Positions 1-10,122 of a stretch of 36,901 nucleotides of DNA are shown here, piece by piece. A program made the position numbers and the translations under genes. Below the pieces are notes generated by a model. It was not told the DNA's origin, made no database searches, and was given only the letters and a program-made list of their open reading frames with translations. Position 1 is the first letter of the stretch. Each line of letters begins with the position of its first letter. Source of the DNA: Octopus sinensis (lineage: Eukaryota); the NCBI RefSeq assembly GCF_006345805.1, contig NW_021836851.1, forward strand, positions 1 through 36,901, written 5' to 3'.

Positions 1-137
1 CATCTCAAATAAGTACAGTTGTGCTAACAAATTTAAAAAAAATCTGAAATCTTAATTTTTTCACCAAAAATTTTATTACTAAAAAAACACATTTGGGAAC
101 AAAATTCATTAAAATCATGAAAATAGAGAAAATTAAA

Positions 138-636
138 CTAGTCCTTAAGATCAGTCCGAAGTTTGGCATTTCTATTGGTTATATAAACGCCCAATTGATC
201 AGCCCTCTCGACTATAACCTTACGCTTACGGCTTGAAATAGTTCCAGCAATTTCACCACAAAATCTCCCATTATTCATTAAGAGAATATCAACATCCTTG
301 AGATATAGATAACAGGGATTACTTTGACGGTGTTTATACGGAATTTTCTCAATCCATTTGGAAGCATTTTCTTGGTGAGTTTATTTGATCCGTATCCTAT
401 TTTGGGGGTCCTTCTTGTTCCCTTGCATCGCTGGCGAACCACATTGTCAATACCTTTTGGCTTCCTCCAATTTTTCTAATTATAGACTGAGGTAAATATC
501 TTATACCTTGACACGTGCAAATCGATCAGACTGATGACGAACAAATTTTTTGGTTCTTTTCTTGATGATTTTTATATTATTGACTGATTTGACTAATGGT
601 TTTGTCTATGTATAAATGACAAGAAAAAATCACCAT
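138..636 (-). CDS. RPL32: 60S ribosomal protein L32 (eL32), 3 introns (28, 31, 26 nt)
   Basis: Spliced translation [66 protein letters not shown]...[56 protein letters not shown] introns at ~606-633, 416-446 and 297-322 restore the frame. Confidence 0.97.
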
Positions 637-955
637 AAGGAGGCAAAATCAAACGTGGAATATATTTATTATTTTTAAAATTGATTTTAATATAAATTAT
701 TGTAATCTTGTTCATTAATTAAACAATTCTTTTTAAATTGTCAAAAAAATATATTTTTTAGTTTATAGTGTATTCTCTCTGTTTACATACTTTACGTCAA
801 CCGTTTGTTTTAAAATTATTAAATCCCATTTTTTACTGGATTTTTTGATAATATTTTGAAAATATTAATGATTTTAATTTTTTAGCTATTATTTAATTTA
901 AAAAAATAATAAAACTTTGTGATCAATTATTTGGTTTATTTCAAGTTCAGTTGAA

Positions 956-3592
956 ATGTATTTCATTTTTGTTGTTCCTTTGGGAAAATTAAGACAATTT
1001 CCTTCACTCGAGTATCATTATTTAAATTTACTATCTAAATAAACAGTAACATGCAAAATCCTGAAATCTCACATTTAAAAAAATGCATTGAAAAAAAAAT
1101 GCAAATTCCATTTCACTTTCAAATACTTCTCCAGTCGGACGGGCGACTTTGCTACGATCGACTTTTACTTTCCGAAATTGCATGCGATCATGTACTCTAA
1201 AAATTCTATAATTTCAGATCTCAATTCCATTATTTCTATACATCCAAGACTCAGAACTTGCAGATAAATTGAATACACTGACAGATAAAAATCGTTTTTT
1301 CACACTATAATATATTAGCTAATTTTACATTTGATAATCTATTTGATTACAATTCAGCAGATGATTACGCAGCAGTGAAGAATAATTGCATTGTAGAGAA
1401 ATTAATTTTATTGTTAAAACATTAATTTAGATCATGCAACGACAAATTACTGAAATATTGGATTGGTTTGATTTAATATCCTATGAGTGCACACAACTCT
1501 GCAGAGCTCACATAATCATGGCAAAAAGTTCGGAGGCTTCAAAAAAGTTTGAACATATTTGTATTTTAACAGAGAAATTGTTTCTGCGATTTCTGATTCC
1601 ATGAATTTTTTTGATGATTTTCTAAAAGAATGTGAAATTTTGAAGAATTCTATTATTGAGTAATATCAGTTTTAATATATGTTCGATAGTATTCCTAGCG
1701 TTCTATCCAAATTAAAAAATATTCCAGCTTTCGATTCGTTTTTGAATCCAGTTTTGAATGGACTCGATGAACAAAACTCGGAAGCATTGAAATATTTACA
1801 ATCCAATTCGCTGTTTGATTGGATAATGCCTGAAGGATTTGTAAGAGCTGGTTTAATAATCTTCTTGAAGGGAGAGGATGCTTTTTTTGAACATGCAAAT
1901 TCTGTTTTGAAAGATTTAGACAAAGTATTATTAAATATATTTGATCAATTGCAAGTTTTAAGTTTACTGATAATTTTTTGGCTTTTGTCGTATTATTTAA
2001 CACTCATAAATTTTAAATATTCTCATTATAATTCTTTTAGAAAAAATTAAAGATATTGAAGTTAAAAGATGATTGGACGAATACTGTAGATTTATTTTTC
2101 TCTGATGATCCTCAAAATATATTTTCTAATGTTAGCATGTTACTGACAGATTTACTTAATGAGCCTCAAAATATTCTCAAAAATATTAATGTATGTGAAT
2201 TTTAAATTTTGATAGGACGTCATTAATTCGATGAGTTCAGTTTGTCAAAATAATACGTCAATTACTTCTATAATGGAAGAACAATCCAAGAATGAACAAG
2301 AGTATTTTTCATTAGTAGAGAAATGCAAAATGGTTTTAAATTATAGAGAAAATATACAATATTCGGTTAATAAACATGCTATGTATGTCATTTCCATGAA
2401 ATTTTAGGACTATATTGTGTTACATTGAAAATATTGTTAAATTGAAAGACGAAATAGTTATCCTTATAAAAAACTCGGACAAGTCTTATATTAATGTTAA
2501 GATTCTAAATCAAATATTGAACTCTTCCCATATATATTCAGCTGGTATCAGAGAAACTATGAGACGGGTTCTGGTCAATATGAAATTCGAAAATGTAATA
2601 ATTTAACTCATTTTATTTATTTTAGTGGGCAAAACAGGTTATTGACCAGGCAAAAAAGTTTACTGAACGTGAAAACGAGAAACGTGTAGATTTTTACAAG
2701 TTCTTAAGTATATTTGAACTTAACTTAATCAAAAAAGGTCAAAATTTTCTGGTCGCTTTTTTTGAATTTTTGGATCAAGAAATTACGTTAAATTTTACTG
2801 TAAATTATTATCAGTAATAAATTTAGGCACAAATACCATCTGATTATGACAAGTATCTGCCAAAAATAGCTCCGGAAAGTTTTGAAAAATACGAGAATAT
2901 TTCAAACGAAAATCCGGACTTTGAATATATTAATAAAGGCTATCTAAAAGCAAAGGCTGATGATTTTCTTGATCCGACTGTTATTCCAAAATACATGGCC
3001 GATAGTCATACAATAGTTGATGAAATATTGCGAGAATTTGAAAAGGATTCATCAGATCCTGAAAAAGTGCAAAAGGATGAAATTGATGAGAGTGATGAAA
3101 TAAACGAAGATGAAGTTGATTTATCTATGTCGACTGAAAATATAACCGAAAAAGATTTTTGCGGTAAATCGTGTTCTATCTCAGAAGAGATTAATATAAA
3201 ATCAATCAAACTCTCCATAAATAAGTTGAAATGGGTTTTCTAATTTCAGTATTTCGGTAAATGATTTTGTTCTAATTCGTCTCAACAAGGAGCTTAAAAG
3301 CCGTGTGTTTGTAGTATCCGAGACGGTTTATATATTGGATAAAGTCTCGAGGACAACTCTAAAAACCTACATTTTAGGTATTTTCGGATTTATAATATTG
3401 TAGAAACCGAATCTAATTCAATGCTTTATAATGTAATCGCCCTAGTTACCAGGAGAAGTAAATTTGTTTCCCTGGTTTGTTCCTGTCGTAAATAATTATT
3501 TCAAATAGAAAAGTAGTAAGTGGTATGGATATCAAAATGGAGATACAGTTGTGATGTTGTCGGTAGATCCTAAATTTGTCGAAAATTCTTGA
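956..3592 (+). CDS. RB1CC1: RB1CC1/FIP200 (Atg11 family) autophagy scaffold, compact, multi-intron
   Basis: The N-terminus MYFIFVVPLGK...HLKKCIEKKMQIPFHFQILLQSDG...PLFLY parallels the ubiquitin-like start of RB1CC1 (MKLYVFLVNTG...DLKHAIQSKYKIAIQHQVLVVNGG...PIFLF). IPSVLSKLKNIP matches AVSVMAKIP. The C-terminus SVNDFVLIRL...VSETVYIL matches the Atg11 claw motif QVGDLVLIIL...VSPTLYFL. Many 26-38 nt introns; the middle exons were not fully resolved. Confidence 0.8.
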
Positions 3593-4293
3593 TTATCAGC
3601 AATTTGATGAACACGTTACACGACTATCTATATTCAATTTTTTCAATTAAAATTTATTCAATTTACCTGATCACATTCAGGAAATAGATTGTCGTACTTT
3701 TTAGATCTGTGCTAGTTTTCTAGCAATTTTTGTTCATTTTTTTGTTTCTCTCTAAAAAGAATATAATTTTATTAGAATAAAAATAAATTTCCTGATTACA
3801 TTTTGTGATTACACTACTAAGCCGAAATGTGCCACCAATCGAATAACATTACAGATTTATCAACGTCGTTATAAAATATTAGACAAATTTTGTTTCCTTA
3901 ATGTATTTTGTTCTTTTTCAAAAATCAATCATTCAATCAACGATGATAATTAATTAACGATGACGATGATAATTGGACAAATTAGATCTTAATTAGATCG
4001 AGACGTATCTAAAATTAACATTTAAACTTTTTTATTCGCCAAAACGAACATCTCTTACAAAAAACAAAAATAATTAAAAATGTGTCCAAAAATACATGTT
4101 TTTCAAAATTAACGTCTCAAAATTGTAACTTTTTAACCACCTTTTGAATACAGAACTTTGTTTATAAAAAGTTTAGACTCATGAACCGAAAAAAACCCTT
4201 AACATATTTTCGTTTCTTATTTTTAACCTATATTTCATTAATTTCAAAATTAAAACAAGTCCAAAAATTAAAAAGAGAGAGAAAGTTATCGAA

Positions 4294-4833
4294 TTAAAAT
4301 TTGGTAAAACTCTTCTTAGTAGTTCCAGTCGCAGACTGAACCTTAAGAACAGAGAAGCTGACGGTTTTACTCAACGGTCTACATTCTCCCAAAAGAACAA
4401 TATCGCCTTCTTTGGCATCCCTGAATGCCGGAGACATATGGGCAGAAATATTTTGATGCCGTTTCTCATACTTTCCATATTTGCGAATATAATGAAGACT
4501 AGGCCGCACAGCAACAATAGTTCTGTTCATCTTCATTTTTTTGATTGTGGCTTTGATAAGTCGTCCTCTGATTGAAATATTTCCAGTAAATGGGCATTTC
4601 TTGTCAATGTAGGTACCATTTATAGCCTAAATTGTAAAATATTAAAAATTACTTCTGCAGGAGTCTTAATGCCCAGGCCAACATTTTTGACATATCGAAG
4701 GTTCTGTTTTTTTGTTATTTTTGAAGGTTTTTTATTTAAGAACACAGTCGGCTGACGGGCAAAGTGTCTATCTCCCTAAATAAATGAAAATCGTATGATT
4801 TTAAAGAACTTTATCGACAGTTGTAACACCCAT
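4294..4833 (-). CDS. RPS11: 40S ribosomal protein S11 (uS17), 2 introns (34, 26 nt)
   Basis: [24 protein letters not shown]...[37 protein letters not shown]...KMNRTIV...[26 protein letters not shown]...[17 protein letters not shown]...KKSFTKF*. Confidence 0.97.
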
Positions 4834-5214
4834 ATATAACAAAAGCTAGGATACGAATAAAACGTGCAACAATTTATTAAAATTATTATTTATAAAATCA
4901 TTTATTATATAATTAACTATTTTGTTTATTTAAAACGAATAAAAATCAGCTAAAAGTCTTTATAAAATCTAAAAATAAAAAACTTGATGGCTGATAGAGA
5001 ATTTTTAAGCACGTCGACTTCAATTGAGACTAATTTAAATCTGATTATTGTCTCGCAATATAAATTCACTCTTGTTGTGATAAAATTTTACAAATATCGA
5101 ACAATTGAAATAAATAAAACAATTTATCAAAATTATAAATTATTTAATTTTGAATTTATTTATACAATGATTGTCTATTCGAAACAAATCATTGTTAAGC
5201 TATCACGTGGTTCC

Positions 5215-7633
5215 ATGTCCACAAATGGATCAGATATTGCAAGTCTAACAAGAAAATTAAATTCATTAGTTATAAATTGTGTGTTATTTTTAACAGTCGT
5301 CATCTCTCTTTAAACTCAAAATAGAAGATTCCTCATTCCACAACACTCAAGAAGAAATAAAACGTGTTTATGCGGATTTTGAAAGAATGGTATACATATA
5401 AAATAAAATCAGAATAACATGTCAAATATATTTGATCGGGGAAAACTTGAAGATTTATTAAAGCAAAAATTCTTTTATTTACCATCATTTTCAATTTATG
5501 GAGGTTCAAACAAATCCTAATTTAAAGGCATTCAAGGTCTTTACGACTATGGTCCAATTGGCTGTGCCACTCAATCCAATATTCTTGCAATATGGCGAAA
5601 ACATTTTATTTTGGAAGAGAAAATGTTAGAAGTTGACTGTTCTATTATAACTCCTGAACCTGTCCTGAAGGCCTCGGGTCATTTAGAACGGTTTTCTGAC
5701 TATATGGTCAAAGACATGATTACAGGCGCCTGCTATCGGGCAGACCACCTTATTAAACGTATTATATTCATATATTTTTAGAATTTCTTGAATTAAGGAT
5801 TTCGAATACAAAATGTGAAAATGAATGCAATAAGTTAAGAAATATCATTGATTTGGTATTTTTCTAATTTGATTATTTCAAGTTGGATGGATTGACTCAG
5901 AGCGAGATGAACGCGGTTCTTCGGGAGTTTGAAATTAGAGCCCCCAACACTGATAACCCACTGAGTGATCTAATGCCTTTCAATCTTATGTTTTCTACCG
6001 CAATTGGACCTTCGGGTTCTGTAAAAGGGTTATATTTTGAATGTTAGTTACAGTTTTTTACGACCTGAAACAGCGCAGGGAATTTTTGTTAATTTTGATG
6101 CTTTATTGCGGTTTAACCATCAAAATATTCCCTTTGCTGCAGCTCAGATAGGAAAAGCCTTTCGTAACGAAATTTCTCCTCGATCGGGTCTTCTCAGAGT
6201 TCGGTTCAATTTGTTTTGCTATCAAATCAATTAATAAAACGATTTAACTAATTTAGTGAATTCACAATGGCAGAAATTGAACATTTTGTTGATCCAGATG
6301 ATAAAAGTCACCCAAAATTTGATAAAGTGGCTTCTCTCAAATTGTCTTTGCTGTCTTCTGCTGACCAAATAAATGGGCGACCGAGTAGAGAAGATCTCAC
6401 ATTGGATGAGGCCGTTAAATCAGTTTTATTTTTAAATATATTTTTAGGGTTTGATTGCTAATCAGACACTCGGCTATTTTATTGGCAGAATTTATTTGTT
6501 TTTGATTCGCGTTGGAATAAATCACGACAAATTGCGATTTAGACAGCATCTGACAAACGAAATGGCACATTATGCATGTGACTGTTGGGATGCAGAGTGC
6601 AAGACTTCTTATGTTATATGTTTATTACAATTTCAAAGGGCTGGATTGAGTGTGTTGGATGTGCAGATCGGTCTTGTTATGACCTATGTCAACATTCTGA
6701 GGCTACAAAATCGAAATTGGTTGCCACTCGTCATTATAGCAAACCTGTTTATATATTTATTGTTCATTCAAGATTAAAAAAACCATAACCTGCGCAATTC
6801 CAATTGCTTCTAAAATTAAAGAGAAGTACAAATCGTCCACGAATTCAGTTTTACAAAGTTTAAAAAATATGCCGTCTGATGATGCTATCAAACTAAAAAA
6901 GGATTTAGATGATAAAAAGTTAATGAAATAAATAATAAAATAGAATTGGATTTATCGACATTGAGGATCAACAAATTGAAATTTCGACAGAAATGGTACA
7001 ATTCAAACAATCTGAAAAAAACGTTTCAGGTTAATTTTAGCTGAGTTTTTCAGACGAGGAGTATGTTCCGGGAGTTATTGAACCTTCCTTCGGAGTTGGA
7101 AGGATTATATACTCTATTTTTGAACAAAATTTTTTATGTAGAGACGGAAGCGACACGAGAACGGTTCCTTCATCTCATAAAAATATTTTCAGTTTATCGC
7201 ACTTCCACCGCAGATTTGTCCTTATAAATGTGCTGTGTTTCCACTTGTAAAGAATGAGTCGCTTATTAAAATTTCATCAGAAATTGGTTTTTCAAATTTA
7301 TGTTATTTTATTAGAGGATTCGCTGTATGCGTTGGAAATTTCTTACCGGTCTGACAACTCTGGGGCCTCCATTGGAAGGAAATACGTACGAAATGATCAG
7401 CTCTCAGTTCCCTTCTCCGTGACTGTTGATTTTGACTCCATAAATGATTCGTCGGTTACTATCCGCGATAGAGATACAATGTTGCAGATTCGTGTCCCAG
7501 TTGTCCCCGTTTTAAATAATTTCTATAGATTGATGATGTGCCAAATTTAATACGCTCATTGTGTTCGACTGGTTCAGATTCTATTACGTGGCGGGAGGTG
7601 ATACTACGTTATCCTCTTTTTACTTTTAGTTAG
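5215..7633 (+). CDS. GARS1: Glycyl-tRNA synthetase (eukaryotic homodimeric type), about 15 micro-introns
   Basis: Class II motifs [102 protein letters not shown], plus the anticodon-binding domain [24 protein letters not shown] possible upstream in-frame ATG lies at 5167. Confidence 0.96.
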
Positions 7634-7649
7634 ATCTTGTTTTTGTCTT

Positions 7650-8200
7650 ATAATGGTCACTTTTTAACACAAAAATTAATACACTTAATGAGGAACAAAA
7701 GTGACTACTTAAAAATAATGAAATTTATCATAGTTTTGGGTTATCATTCAAAAAAATTCCAACAGCTAGCAATCTGCTATTTTTATTGATAAACATATTA
7801 TACTTAAAAAATTGACTATTTGTATTCTAAAATCTGTCTTAACGATGAATTTTTGAATATCTATTTACATCTAAAAAGTGACCACTTAAATATTTCCTAT
7901 CTATTTTATTATAAAGTGATTATTATTTTATAAATAGATATTTAATGCCTAAGCACCTTTCTGACCTGAAGAAAACTTTAATTGCCGAAGATTTAAGGAA
8001 TGTACTGTCGCAAAGATTTATTGACATAAAATACAGGATTCCGAAATCGGCGGTCTAAAAAATACTCTCAAAAATACAAAATAATTAATCCCTGTCTACA
8101 GGAATAGGTATGGAAGAATATCATGATATCAATTACCTCGTTACGCTAAGGGTGAAATTTCAAATAATTAACCATTAAAAGAAACTACATACCGAAATAT
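7650..8200 (+). mobile_element. Degenerate Tc1-like element, left end and N-terminal HTH
   Basis: ORF from 7945, MPKHLSDLKKTLIAEDLRNVLSQRFIDIKYRIPKSAV*, resembles a Tc1 paired-like HTH. The motif AAAAGTGAC(C/T)ACTT repeats at ~7697 and ~7874, with an inverted partial copy at ~7655. Confidence 0.4.
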
Positions 8201-8429
8201 TCCTTTGAATCCAATTAAATATATAAATAAAGGTAAACCAAATAAAGACAACAGCGCTACATAATGAAAATAAATTAAGCCGTTTATGATAATTACTTTT
8301 AATAAAGGTTAACCATTATATAAAAATATAATTTTATTTAATATGAATATTTTTAATTATTATTTAGGGTTTTTCTTGATTAATTAACACTATGAGCATT
8401 ATATTTAAGATTAGTTGCTCGATGACCTA

Positions 8430-8502
8430 ACTGTGCCCACGGCCGCACATTCATCGACTCACGGCCGCATGCGGCCGTCACTGCCGCACTTGCGCACCCC
8501 TG
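8430..8502 (-). mobile_element. Solo terminus of a hAT (Buster/Charlie-type) element
   Basis: The minus strand reads CAGGGGTGCGCAAGTGCGGCAGTGACGGCCGCATGCGGCCG..., a typical Charlie/Buster end containing an 18-bp palindrome (8461-8478). It is flanked by TTATAAAT, which fits the nnnTAnnn target consensus. No partner end is seen. Confidence 0.65.
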
Positions 8503-8536
8503 TTATAAATATTCGATTTCGCACAGTTAAATCAAA

Positions 8537-8973
8537 ATGTTTTGTTTCCTATTTTAGCCTGTTTAATCTCTATCGAAGGTTTTTGATGGTTAATATTAAT
8601 TCTTAGGAAACATGTTTGGTTACCTCATGGATGATGTCAATTTAGATTCCGTCAATGATCCGACGGTATTTATTTCATATTAATTTCTACCATTTAGATT
8701 ACAACTACAGGTTCAACTGCAAGTTGAGATTTGATTTATAACTTAATTCATAGAAAAAATTGATCACGATTCCGTCAATCACGAACCATCAAATTTGGCT
8801 TACTCAATTGTGGCTATCTCGGTTATGGCTCAATTACTTTATTACTAATTATATTAATTTACATCTTAACTAATAAATCATTCCCGGAAGTATCAAAAAT
8901 TAAAATTATACCTGAATTCACCATTAAACAGAGCAAAGAATGTATAGTCTGCGTTACCTCTGACTATAGCTAG
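8537..8973 (+). CDS. Orphan small single-pass membrane protein, 3 micro-introns, one probable 1-nt homopolymer error near the start
   Basis: Predicted M(FL)FPILACLISIEG (signal-like)-NMFGYLMDDVNLDSVNDPT-IYNYRFNCK-KIDHDSVNHEPSNLAYSIVAISVMAQLLLLLIILIYILT (TM)-NKSFPEVSKIKIIPEFTIKQSKECIVCVTSDYS*. Three GT-AG introns keep the frame. Confidence 0.5.
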
Positions 8974-9013
8974 AGAGACTGATACTGATTCAGTATGTAT
9001 AATTACAACATTA

Positions 9014-9909
9014 TAGTGCATCCTAGAAAGATAAATAATAATCCTATTATTATAAAGAATGATCCTAAGATTATAAATACAAATCCCAAAAAGATAAATA
9101 ACGATCCCAATATTATAAATAAAAATTACAAAGTGCGTAAAGTAAGGATAATAACATATGGAAGACAATGTTTGCAACCGAAAAATACGAAAGACACTCA
9201 CATTTAATTTATTTAATCAATTTCTAAGATTAAGAAACAATATTCCTGTTAAAGAAATTTCCAAAATAGTTGATATATCACCTTCTGCAATTTACAAAAT
9301 TTGTAAATTTTCGGATGAAAATGAAAATGTTGATTTCTATGCTTATGTACGGTCTAAAGGCCCTAAGAAAAAAGATAACCGTGAAAAATTGAAAAAATTA
9401 CAAATATTATAATGAGGATAATTCTTGACACAATTAGGTGTAGAGAAAAGCTTTTTACAAATTAAAACAACAGTATATCCATAAGCAGATCAAAAATCAA
9501 TAGATTGTTTAAAGAATCAGATTTAACCAGAAAACGTTTGAAGAACGTTCAAAAGTTATTCTCACACAAATTCATAAAGATTCTATTAAATATTACGCAA
9601 CAAAGTTATCAAAACATTCTTTAATAAAAGAATTATTTTTTTGGATGAAAGTGGATTCAACTTACATACATCCATTAATTATGGCTATTCTTTACCTAAT
9701 ATTGAACCCTTATTATTTCAACAAAGTTATAAAGGCCAAAATGTATCCTTTTGTGGAATAATGTCATCAATGTTGACATTAACATTAAATTTTATACGAA
9801 TTATTTATAATATTGGGATCGTTATTTATCTTTTTGGGATTTGTATTTATAATATTAGGATCATTCTTTATAATAATAGGATTATTATTTATCTTTCTGG
9901 GATGCACTG
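9014..9909 (+). mobile_element. Internally deleted IS630/Tc1-like transposon, ~110-bp TIRs, copy 1
   Basis: TA on both sides. The TIR (C/T)AGTGCATCCYAGAAAGATAAAT... is made of five ~21-bp subrepeats. The frameshifted transposase N-half has an HTH (VKEISKIVDISPSAIYKI) and the first catalytic D (DESGFNLH...YGYS), but the rest of the DDE domain is missing. Confidence 0.88.
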
Positions 9910-10015
9910 TAAATATTGTTGAAATTACAAATAATAATTAAAACAAAAACTAAATAATGACTAGAATTTTTTAACAACACCCAACAAGCACACAAGAGTG
10001 ACCCACAACCAATAA

Positions 10016-10083
10016 GTCACAGTCCGATAAAGAAACACGCCGTTAATGAAACGCAACGGCGTGTTTCATTAACCGACTGTGAC
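10016..10083. repeat. 68-bp hairpin / micro-MITE (29-bp arms, 3 mismatches, 10-nt loop), copy 1
   Basis: gtcacagtccgataaagaaacacgccgtt-aatgaaacgc-aacggcgtgtttcattaaccgactgtgac. Confidence 0.85.
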
Positions 10084-10122
10084 ATTTAATATTTCAAACT
10101 CCAAAAACATGAAAAAAGTGCA

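Noticed and set aside
3600-4000. Intron-like GT-AG segments on the minus strand between RB1CC1 and RPS11
   Set aside because: All frames hit stops, and no coherent gene model could be built.
9014-9125. Regular ~21-bp repeats suggesting a CRISPR-like array
   Set aside because: No spacers; eukaryotic context; they recur inverted at the other end of a transposon.
8893-9207. Repetitive hydrophobic/Asn-rich ORFs on both strands
   Set aside because: These are translations of the 21-bp TIR subrepeats, not genes.
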